Below are positions 28,545-40,900 of a stretch of 64,000 bases of DNA, piece after piece. The position numbers and the translations under genes were made by a program. Each line of letters opens with the position of its first letter. The stretch's first letter is position 1. This stretch comes from Raillietiella orientalis (Eukaryota): positions 1,550,001 to 1,614,000 of the forward strand of contig JAYWIR010000040.1 in assembly GCA_036172245.1 (NCBI GenBank), given 5' to 3'. Under the pieces are notes generated by a model, which saw only the letters and a program-made list of their open reading frames with translations, was not told the origin of the DNA and ran no database searches.

Positions 28545-29243
28545 CCCTTCGAAGGACTCGGGGTTCCTCCTTTTGTGAGTGGGCACTTCTATGTTCCCCT
28601 TGATGTGGAAAGAGGATGTCCCGCTGTTCCCGCACTGGGAATTCCAGCGCAACCAGCACAGATATCCGGTTTCCGGAAGAGTCGCGTCCTTGAACTGTTC
28701 AAGGTGAGGTGCGATGGAATCGTTCCCGCACATCTTGATGGACTGCGGTATCCTCGAGGGACTCTGGAGGAGGTTGCCTTTGGCACTCTGCAACCCGGAG
28801 GACATCGCAATGCATTGTCCGCGGCGTTTCTCCACACAAGGAGGACTCTCGGCAGGTGCCATGTTTGCAACTAGACGCTGCATCCGCGCCACTGTCGCAA
28901 CCCGTCATGTGTTACAGTCTCGGGAGCAGAGAATGGGGATCCACTCGAATGGCAGCCGTCCACATGAAGACGGCTGCAAGGTGGTCTCATCTGGAAGAAA
29001 CGGATCTCTGGCATTCTGCGTCGCTGTGGAGCAACGAGAAGTGTCGCAAGCCAAAGACCCCTGTCCCGACTGTCCCCTTATTTATTTGTTGTTGCCTTCG
29101 GACTACCCTAGCAAACGACCTGCGTGCCGGTGAACCCTCACTTCCCTTGAACTTCTCATTGTTTGTTTTTGTCTGGGTAATGACATTCCCTACTTGTTTG
29201 TTTTTTTCTTTTAAATAAACGCTCCAGGGTGACCGGGTAAAAA
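28545..29243 (+). mobile_element. short 5'-truncated L1/Tx1-like 3' end (copy D)
   Basis: ESFPHILMDCGILEGLW knuckle (cf. ESLPHIIVDC in copy C), T-rich UTR, AATAAACGCTCCAGGGTGACCGGGT and A5. Confidence 0.8.
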
Positions 29244-29249
29244 GTACAC

Positions 29250-29560
29250 ATAGCACCGATCTGATCGACGACCCTCCCCCCTCCTGTCGAGAAGGAGCTC
29301 GAGATGAACGGCAGGACGTTGTGTGGAATGTTCGACAAGGCTGCGACCATCATCCATCTGGTTCAGCATCAACGTACCACAGAGCAGTCCACCATGTGGA
29401 GGCGCTCCTCTTGATACAGGAAGTGGTCGAGTTCCGAGGTAAGAAGCACCACGGCCGTGTCTTCTCGAGACTGGAGTTCCTGAGGCTTTGCGTGGAAGAG
29501 TGGGCAGAGTAGGCAAAAGATCGACGACCACGTCCAGGCAAAGGAACAATCCCCCACCCA
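29250..29560 (+). mobile_element. possible further non-LTR C-terminal fragment (copy E)
   Basis: TLCGMFDKAATIIHLV resembles a decayed C..C...ET..HL knuckle. It begins immediately after the tail of copy D. Confidence 0.4.
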
Positions 29561-31606
29561 CCCTGAACCCAAACTTCAAAAGATGCACAAGTGCGAAAGG
29601 GAAAGTGACGTGAAATGAAATGAAATGAACAGCGCAAAAACACTGAAGTTGTCGGAGAAGAAAGCATTGAAAGGAAGAGGACTTCAAGGTGTTTGCTTAA
29701 ATGAATGAATAATATGAATGAATTCCCTCCTCCACCTGTCGGATTCGGGAAGAGTGGACAAGGATCCCTTTTCCCAGTCCCTCGAAGAATGGGCAAATTT
29801 GTTTATGCATTCATACTACAAAACGCATTCACTTAAACAGGATGCCACATCGCGGCGAACTGAAGCGCACCCTTCACCATCATCCGCACGTGCACCTCCC
29901 GCGGACGAGAACAATGCCACTCCAGCAACGCAGAAGGTAGAGGTCTATAAACTGGAATGCGCCAATGCCAATCTGAAAGAAGAGGCTCAGAAAGGGGAAA
30001 CCCTGCAGCAGGCTGTGGTTCTTATCTAGGAGATACGGGAGCAACCACTCCAGACCCCAGTGAGCCACCTTATAGATGCACAATGATATGGAAGCCTCAG
30101 TTCCGTGGCTCTGAGAGAATGGGACAGAAAACGAAAGGAACAGCAGTCGATAGAGAAGCACACTTCCAGGAAGTCCTCCTCTTTCCAGGAACCTCAGACG
30201 GTCGCTAGCGAGGAAAGCATCAACGAATTCTTCTCCACCCTAAGCATCGTGTCCAGCAAGACCAGGGCCAGGGATAGCATGAGGGGAGGGGAGAGGATCT
30301 CAGGGTGTCCACGATAGTCCAGCGTAAAAAGAAGAGAAGGGTGGTCTTGGCAACCAGAAACACTAACACCCGCAGACACCAGATGGCCTGGTCCCTGCCA
30401 TTTTTGAGAATAGGAACGTTTCTATCTTCGTCCTTAGACGCGAGGAACGGATGAAAGTGGACCTTGTGGCATAGAGATGATGACGACACTATATTTTAGT
30501 TTGTTAGGTCGATTTTCTGTTTAAACAAATTTACCTTACCGCCAGTCGGAATACCAGAATCATTGTTCTCGGGAAAAGTCTACCAAAATCATCAAAGCCG
30601 GAGTCCTTAGATCCCAATGATTCTCTATATAATACTTGTAAATTTTAGTAATGCAAATAATCCTGTATAAACAAATGGTTGTTTTATTTTGACCGAAAAT
30701 TGTCATGTTTGTGAATGTTTTAGTGCTTCGTTAATTGAAAAACATGCTCATCGAAGTTTGATTGAACCTTGAATATGAGTTTGTTCATTAAAAAAGCAAA
30801 GAAAAGTTTAGAAATGACAGCGATTTTTTATACAGTTGTATCCCGAAAGTTCTCTTGCTTAAGAGTTTGGTTTCAAAACAGGATACCTTTTGGAAGCTAG
30901 TTTACAGTTCCATCTGAGGATGATAGTATTTGATTAAAAAGGTGTAGAATGGCACATAATCTGTCTCACCGATCACCATACTTTTATTGTTTAAAGCAAA
31001 CTATTAATAATCTGAATGCTTTGAATGCAAAGAAAGTATATACTTTTATAAATATGGAGTTCATATAAACGTTTTTGTTTCGTAGAATAAATGCACTTCA
31101 AGTCGTTGGCTGGTGTCCAGAGAAGTGCATCAATATGTGCTCAAAATACCACTTAGACCAAATTATAGTCCAACTGTATTGAAATGCAGGAAGTTTTTGA
31201 AACAGGTTTAGAGATTATTCACTTCATAAGTTTCTGACTAAAGCATGTTTAATGTGCATATAACCAAGTCAAGTGTAAATATTTTTTATTGTTTCACTCA
31301 AACTAAATTCATTTCTTTTTTCATGAGAATTGCAAGAATTAAGGAGAATGGTCTTAGAATTGTACTTTTAAGTTCCTCCTGAAAGTTTAGTATATCTGAG
31401 TTATTGCAATCCGATACAGTAGTCCCAGATGTTAAAAAACATTGATTCAAATGAATTGCAAAATTAATTTGAGAACCTTCATTCACCGTGTGAGTAATTA
31501 GCTCATAGCCATTGAGATAGTTATTATGGAAAGCATCTTAGGTGAAAAAAAGCCGATTGTTTTCCTTGGCGCCTTTTTGAACCTGGTATCTCTTGCGGGA
31601 TCCTAT

Positions 31607-33374
31607 ATGAAAATGGTAAGTGGTACAAAGAAATGAATTTCCAATACCTGAATAATTATTGAATGATTTCTCGTATTCATCTCGGACTGTAAAGAAGAAA
31701 GTTTTTTGTAGTATCGCGAAATGTGCCTATGCAACTTAATATTGAAGAAATTTTTGTGAGATCCTCTGATAGAGTAGTCACACTAAATACTGTTGAAAGC
31801 GTTATTTCTTTTATGTTCATAGTATAAAGAATTTTAATCCCCGTTCTCTTAAGTGCACAAAGCATATTTTGATTTAAAGTGTTTTCAATAAAACATAGGA
31901 GTCTCCAGTTTCAGTATTGATTTGAATTTCATAACTAGGGTGTCAATTCTTCACAGCTGGAAAGAGAAATAGGAGCTGAACAATTCCCCCTGAATGAACA
32001 TTATTTTGGATACATAAACGTAAGTTTGTTTTGTGTTCCATATTTTCGGTCTTACAAAATAAGCTTTAACATGGTAATTTTCTTTCAATAAGCTTTACTG
32101 TGTTTGACAAGTTTGTGGAATTCTGTACATTTTAGTTTGGAAATACATGTTACATCAATTCTGTGTTGCAAGCCCTCTATTTTTGCAAACCGTTTCGCAA
32201 TAAGGTTCTTGAGTACAAAGCAAAAACCAAAAAAACAAAGGAAACATTGCTGACTTGTTTGGCAGATCTTTTCTACAGTATTGTCACTCAGAAAAGAAAA
32301 GTGGGAACCATTGCTCCCAAAAAATTTATTGCTCGTTTAAGAAAGGAAAAAGGTAAATACCCTTTCAAATGTTGCGAATTTCATATATTTGAGGTGCTTT
32401 AGAAGAGTTTGACAACTATATGCAACAAGATGCACACGAGTTCTTGATATTCCTTATTAACCATATCAATGAGATAATTTTGGGTAAGCCCTTGTACCCA
32501 CGTTTCTATCAAATCATTTGTGTCAGCTGAGAGATCACAGACTGCTCGTTCTAAGTCATCACAAGATGATCAAGGCGATAATACTAATGTGGATCCAACT
32601 TGGGTTCATGAGATATTCCAGGGTATACTTACTAATAAAACTCGATGCCTTAATTGTGATACTGTGAGTAGATTAGGTGTGCTTTCAATGTAAAATTGAA
32701 CTTTAAATTAAAAGTTCAATTTTCTAAAGTATGGTATCAGCACATTGTTAAAAAATTTTCTAGGTAAGCAGTAAAGATGAGTACTTTTTCGATCTTCAAG
32801 TCGATGTCGATCAAAATACAAGCATCACTCATTGTCTGAGGCGCTATAGCAGCACAGAAACATTGTGTAGTGATGACAAGTTCAAGTGTGATACTTGTCG
32901 TACATATCAAGAAGCACAGAAAAGAATGCTGGTGAAAAAGCTACCAACTATTCTTGCTTTGCACTTGAAACGCTTCAAATATGTGGAACAACTAAACCGT
33001 TACATCAAAGTATCTCATCGAGTTGTTTTTCCCCTTGAATTGCGCCTTTTCAATACATCTGATGATGCCTTGAATCCAGATCGTTTGTACAATCTGGTTG
33101 CTGTGGTTGTGCACTGTGGCAGTGGTCCAAACCGTGGACATTATATTAGTATCGTCAAGTCACATGGATTGTGGCTGCTTTTTGATGATGATGCAGTAGA
33201 GGTAAAGGGGATCAGTGTGTAGATGATAGCTTGTATGTTTTTTTTTTTTTTTGTTTCAATTTGTAGAAGATTGATGTTTCTGCCATGGAAGATTTCTATG
33301 GTTTGACTTCGGATGTACAAAAATCCTCAGAAACAGGCTACATTCTGTTTTATTTAGCACAAGACAGTTCTTGA
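31607..33374 (+). CDS. USP46: ubiquitin carboxyl-terminal hydrolase USP12/46 family (356 aa, 7 coding exons)
   Basis: Exons 31607-31615, 31939-32019, 32136-32352, 32403-32483, 32527-32663, 32764-33201 and 33267-33374 total 1071 nt in frame. Cys box [17 protein letters not shown], His box [17 protein letters not shown] and C-terminal GYILFY are present. The start could be 31613 instead. Confidence 0.95.
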
Positions 33375-33418
33375 AAACATGCAGAGCACACAAGATCATA
33401 AACCTAACCTGTCAAGAC

Positions 33419-34596
<1,178 letters not shown>

Positions 34597-37149
34597 GTTT
34601 TGTGGTTTGAGTTTTCAAATCCTAAATCTGAAGAATGCCGTATATTTATTGTTTTTCCCTTTTCAAAAAATAAAAATCACAAATTTTCACGCAGCTGAAA
34701 ATACGATAGGGCAGCATCGGCGACGTATTGGAAATGGGGCTAACGAATCTTGGCTAATGCTTGGTATTGCCCGTAAAAAAATAAACCATGCTCAATCAAA
34801 GCGACACCGAAGATTCCGATGCCCCTATCGAACCAACGTCTCGAGCACGTTAAGACCTTCGTTGAACACGTTAACAAGGGGAGCACAGATACCTTACTAA
34901 ATCAATGCACCCCCCAAGCTGAAGCAAATGCAAACGGCGGCGGACCCAGCACTGGCACGTCCCCATGCTTCCCCGGAAAGTTTTCTTGTACCAAGGGTAC
35001 TCGATTCGTATGCGCCCCTCCCGTGGTGTGTCGTCACTTGGTTGCCTTCCAGCTGCTCCAGCAGAAAAGTGTGTAGTATTGATTACTGCAAGCCCAAGTA
35101 TTTGCGAGTGCAAGGCTTTCGGAATTGATTCGTTTCGAGCTAAGCTCTCCGGAGCGGGGCAATAAAGTTCGTTTTAAGAGCAAAAGCGACCGGTTAGGTT
35201 TCAAGGATTGCCTACCTGAAGTTCCAGGTCCGTGGCAAAAGCCTCTTCCTGCCTTCGTCTCGCCCCGCTGTCTTGCAGATGGAAAATGGCAGAACTTTTC
35301 GATTATCTGGCTGCCCACGGAAACTCCTTTTGGTTATTCTCGGTCACGCAGAGCACATGCAAAGTAATTCACGGGCGAAAGAGTTAACCCAATGATTGCA
35401 AAAGCCATTTGAGGTGGACACGCCTTCGCAGATTCAATACTGTTACCGTCCACTGTTTTTGTTTCCCCCCCCTCTCTCTCCCTCTCTCTCTCTCTCCCCC
35501 CCCCCCTTTTTGCTTCGTGCCTTCGATGGAGGCACGGAATTCCGTTGCTGTTGCGACAGCGGAACATTTTGCATCCGTTTCGGACAGCAAAGAGGGTTGG
35601 TTACTCGTTGTCCCATGTGCGGTGCATACTGCAGATCAGGGGACTGCCGTGGTTCCCCGGCACTGTTTCATCCAAACAGCTGTTCAATGGAAACCGAGTT
35701 CGATACCGCAACGGACGCCAGCATCCACGCACGGATTTTTAAGATCTGCTGCCACACGGGGGGGAAAGTCGAAGTGCGTGTGTGCAGAGACTCCTCGCTT
35801 TCGTTCGTGGATGCTTGCAAATCTCCTCTATCCTCGCGAGATCTCGGGATTCTCAGTTTCGGATGGATTGCATCCTGCCTGCGCAAGTTGATTTTATCGA
35901 CCTACCGCTCCCCGGAGTGTAAGTTGGTGCACGCGTTGGTTGTGCTCTTGGATCCGCACCTGCAAACCGACGGTGGGGAGTCGTGAGTGTTACCTCGTGG
36001 TATAGGGGAAAGAGAGAAGAACGCGTCTTTGCGCGGCCAGTTGTTTGACTTTGGCAGTCGAACGAAACATTCGTTCCCCACGGGCTTGCCTGATCCAAAG
36101 ATCTCGTCCCGCACCTGCGCCCATATTCCTGCATTGCGTGTTTGCACCCGCGAGCGGCCGGCCTCCGTGTTTGCAGTGTCGCACCCCCATTCCGAAAAAG
36201 ACGTTCCAATGGGCCACGTGAATTCGATCTGAGGAATGACCCGTCGTTCTACAAACGGCAGGACCTCTTCGGAACGAGGTAGCAACTTCTTAAATGGCAG
36301 TTTCTGCTTGAAAACATGAAACAAATAGTCCCTCCCAGATAGGCGATGAAAGGAAGAAAAGCCTTACATAGGAAACGCAGAACTTCCATTCTAATCTAAT
36401 GCTTGGATTCGGCTTTCCGCAAAGGGCGGAAATCTCAGAGTATGTCACGAAAATTTGCGATGACATTCATAGGAAAATCCTTTGGATTGCCAGGCACGTT
36501 GGCCAAATCACATTCGGAGTGCGGGGGGGGGGAGAGAGACAAAGGAAGAGCTGTTACGATTGCGGCGTTGGAGTTGATGAGCCCCCGTTTCCTTGCCAAA
36601 GTGCTGACTCGCCAAACACATGAGACAGGTCTCGAGGAACCACCGGTTACGAAACGCACTCCCCGAATCCTAGTTGTTTCCTTAGGGCCATCTAGGCTCC
36701 CCTTCGTTTCTTTTTCGTTTTTGGTTGTCCACGGAGATGTCCGATCCCTTGTAGATCCCTTCACACGCCAAACACAAGATCCCGCCTCCTAGGCAAATTT
36801 GCAGTGGAATCGCTGCAAGTTGAATCGCAGCTATGGGAACTGAGCAGAAACTGTTGATGAGCAGAAAAATCTCTGCACACATCACCCACTAAGATATCGT
36901 TCGGTCCGAAACCAAGTGGCAGGAGATCAGCGTTTTCTCAAAGACGCACGCGTACCACGAAATCGTGAAAATCGCCGTGCGGCCGGAGTGGATGTTACCG
37001 GTTAGCAACCTAATAAAATTGGATCCTAAATTTCGTGTATGCTTTCTTGTGATGTTGCCTTCACTTGATCTTCATTGCACTGTACGTGTACAGTGAACTC
37101 TCGAATAGGTTTACTTGACAATAAGCTCAAGCCACGAGATTCTCGCTTG

Positions 37150-37600
37150 TGTCCCACCGTTTCATGAACTCAGTTTCTACGAGACGAATCTTCATTTCTC
37201 TTCAACAACTCTCACTGAAAGTCATGCGTTCTGAAATGTCCACGAGCTGTGAGGCACGTATCAGGATTCCCTTTCGAGACGTAACTCTAATTACCGTGTC
37301 AACGGCAAGCTTCGTGAATTTGAGGCAAATTCTCCCACTCGAGTGCCAGGTGGGCCCTACCTGGCGAGCATCTTCTATTGGAATGACTTATTGTCCACGA
37401 AGAAGACATCCGAAGTTAGCAACGAAAGCTGCGAAGGCAGAACGGTCCGTAGCAGGCATGGAAACGGAGAAAAATCCAGGATGGTAGTTGTGCAACTTCA
37501 TGACTAAACCCGTTATCCGTGCAACGACCTGGAGCCTCAAAAATCAGAAGGAGCGACGTGGGTTCGCTGCTTCGAAACCTTCAATGCTTTTCCACACGGG
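37150..37600 (+). mobile_element. possible Ty3/gypsy integrase core remnant
   Basis: HPKLATKAAKAERSV resembles the YHP..NG.AER.V integrase motif. Isolated and degenerate. Confidence 0.3.
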
Positions 37601-37999
37601 TAGCTTCTTTGCTGGCAAGCGTGAATCAGCAGCGAGTCCTAGATCTTCTGATGGATGGAGGTAAGAATGAATTACTCTTATGAGGAAGCTCCTAACTTTT
37701 ATGATAGTAGAGAAATGTTCTGGGATCGGACTTCTATATTCACTCCTTCGTCTGCTTCACCTATGGTTCTTTGGCTCACGTTTTGCCGTTTCTCAAGGAC
37801 CCTTTCTAGCATGATTCTGGAAATAGCATGATAATTTAACTCCAGAAATTTTGGCGATTGCAGGGATGAATGTGGTTATTTTGATCCAAAAACAAAAAAA
37901 ATAATGTCAACAAGCACATGGAGTTGCACTTGAAGTTCCTTTCTGAGGGACCACGATTCTTTTTTCACGACTTATCGTTCGGCAGCTCCAGGCTGCTAT

Positions 38000-40900
38000 C
38001 CTCACTGACTCGTGTGTTCTCGCAGGCGTTTGCTGCATATCAAAAGGTACAAGAATTGGTTTACAAGAATTTCTTCTGGTTCACTTGATCCGTTCCTCTA
38101 CGGACCGATGGGCGGGATGTCAGTGATGGAGGATGCAACTCTACCTGCATCTTGAACCGTCCTGCGGAAAACAAACGGCTGCTTCGTCCACTTGCGCACC
38201 ACTGGCAAGGAATGGAAATGCCGCTCGCGAGCGTCTTGCACTGCGAGTGAATCTGTCCAGATTGGAACTGCACGGCGGGTCCCATCGTGACAGATGGAAT
38301 CTGCACACGAGTCGCCAAAAAGATGAGCTTGTCAGCGTGTCCCCTTGAGCTCTCTTAGCATGATCTCCGCTCTTCGGGGGCGAGAGAGACCAGGTCGAAA
38401 CTGCAGGTGATCGCGAATCATGCAAACGAAACCGAGGTGCCATGCACGACCTTCGAACTGAAAGGACTAGCAGTGCCTCGTTGACTCCGGTGAGGAGGCA
38501 CGATCAGCCTGATCCAAAACTGCCTTGAGGAATTGAGGATGTGGAAGCGTTCCGTTCTGCAGGGGGGTGTCACTATGTACAGTTCACGATGTGCAGCATC
38601 CATGTTTTTGGCTTCATCATTGAGAATGGATTGGGGCGACGGGACGGAGGACTCGATGTTCTCGGGAAAGATCTCTCTGTTCAGTAACGACTGATTGAAA
38701 GCAGAAAATTGGTTGGGAAGAGGGAGGGAAATACTTTGTCCATGTGCTCAGTTATTAAGGGAGCTGAGAGTTCTCTAGGGAAAAATTTCAGCCTTTCCCA
38801 TAAGGACTCTTCACGTTTCATTCTCCAGAATGGGACTTTGTTCTTAGGAGGGGGGGGGGGACCCAAGCGGACTGCAGTCCGAACGATTGCATCATCATTC
38901 GTGTTGGTCTTCAGAGATAATTACGACGTACGTGGAAGGGTGGAAACCGTGACCGGGACGGTGCTCCTGCATAAGTTCAAGAGATCATTGAACTGAGAGA
39001 CCATGCCACGGAGGACACAAAGCATGTCAAATGTCAAGATGCCCAACTTGCCGCCCAAAAAGACGCTAGGCAGAATAGGAAGAGGAGGAGGGAGTTCCTG
39101 TGCTGCATTTGATTTTTGCGAGTAGACAGAAAGAAGATGGCTGGATGTGAACCCCTCAAACAGCCATCAGATACCTACACGCACATGCATACGTTCGTGT
39201 TTGTCCGTTCGCAATCTGGAAAACGATCATTGAGCTTAAACATGAGATGGAAGGAAGGATGGCTGTCTGGGGGGTGTTCTCAGACAAACGCAAACCGTAC
39301 CGAAGCATCAATCAAACTTGGTAACACATGACGGGATAACAATCCAGAGATCAGGAATCAGAGGTACGGACACTTCGTTAAAAGGAAGAGTGTTTCATCA
39401 TCTCAAGACCTTTTCGTTGCTGTGGTCTCTGGACGCGTCGTTCTGCAGCTTTGGTGACTGGTGGAACCTGCTTGAAACTTCGAATCGAAGAGAGTTTGCT
39501 CTGAGGCTTCTTCGATTGTCAAATCTGGAACGGTCCATTGCTGGAAACAGTGACCACCACGGATTACCGCCAGCTTTCCAGGCGTCATTCTGCAGTGAGG
39601 ATTCCATTCCGTCTCTTTTGGTTTTGCTTTATGCAGAGCTTTGGACGGTAAACGTGGCGTGCAAAGTGTTCTGTGTTCCTCCCTTAGTTGAAAAAGTTGC
39701 CTTCTTCGCATGCCTTCGGAGCCGACAAGGGTACTTTTGCTTTGATCCAAACAACGAGTGTCCAAGGAGCGTCACCTTTCGGGTTTTTTCAGACGTTTAG
39801 AAACGCACGCTTCCCTTCAAACAGTTCAGGATCTGCCTAATTTATAGATTCATGCATACGCATGTATATGGATGTACTCGCAAGTGTATATATTCCTACG
39901 CTTGTGACCTGCGACAACTCTTTTTGGCGCTACTGGTGAAAATCGAAAATTCCTTCTCCTTCTCTCGGGGCAAAAAAAAAAAAAAAATCTCCACTGAAAA
40001 ACGGCAGCAATCTCATGCATATTTTGGGATCGCACTTTCACCTCCTCAGCCAAAAAAAAAAAACGAACGCTTCGGATCTCCATCCGATGGCTTCTCCCAA
40101 CGAGAACTTCTTGAACGAGCCTCTGGTGATCAATGACGAACGGAAGCATTCATCTCATCCATGCTTAGGATAATTCGTTTCGGTGTCTTCCAGTTCTCTT
40201 TTTAGTCTCGGCGGTGTCTCTTACCGGGATTTTCAAGCAACTCCGCGAAGCTTTTCAAAAATAAGTTCACCATTCCCTTGGGCGCCCTGCCTCGAAGGAA
40301 CCCCGACGACCTACCCACAATGCTTCCCTCGAAGCGAGGCTTCCCTGTGGTGAAATTTCGCTTTCCACGCAGAAATACGCTGACTACACTTTCCTTTCCA
40401 CTTCCTTTTTATTTCTCGATACACTTCCATGGCTCTGTACTCACCAGAACACCACGAATCAGTTCGGGTAAAGTGGAAAAATTACTTAGTGCCAAGTCCG
40501 AACGAAGAGTTTGCTTCTTCCGCGAAGCTTGGGTCCATTTCATGATTCCACTTATGGAATTCTCACCCCCTACCCTCTTTCACTTTGCCCACGTTGCCCG
40601 CAGTTTCTAATCGAACACGAACCGGTAAAACACAGATGTTCGCCATCCTGTTCTGGCCGCAGCACTCGGATCAAGCGTGGGTCCCACTTGAATGAGATCT
40701 GACGTGCAGCTCTGCATGTACATCCAAGTACATGAATCACCCTTTCAGGGGTTTTCACGACTACAGGGACTGCGTTCATGCAACGCTCCCCGAGTAGGCC
40801 GGATGGGAATGTGTGCCACGATGTGCCCCGTGGAGCTGGACACCGTGCCCGAGTCATCGTGGCCTGATTCACAGGCGTGATTTCGGGTCCCGATTTTTCC
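38000..40900 (-). mobile_element. degenerate Ty3/gypsy-like pol remnant
   Basis: Three weak motifs lie in gypsy order on the minus strand: AVPVVVKTP (RT start, ~40.75 kb), PKLQNDAS (RNase H TDAS, ~39.43 kb), RLIVPP (integrase Zn-binding, ~38.5 kb). Confidence 0.4.

Noticed and set aside
38975..39000. GAGATCATTG resembling the bantam miRNA seed region
   Set aside because: The match stops after ~10 nt and there is no pre-miRNA-length hairpin.
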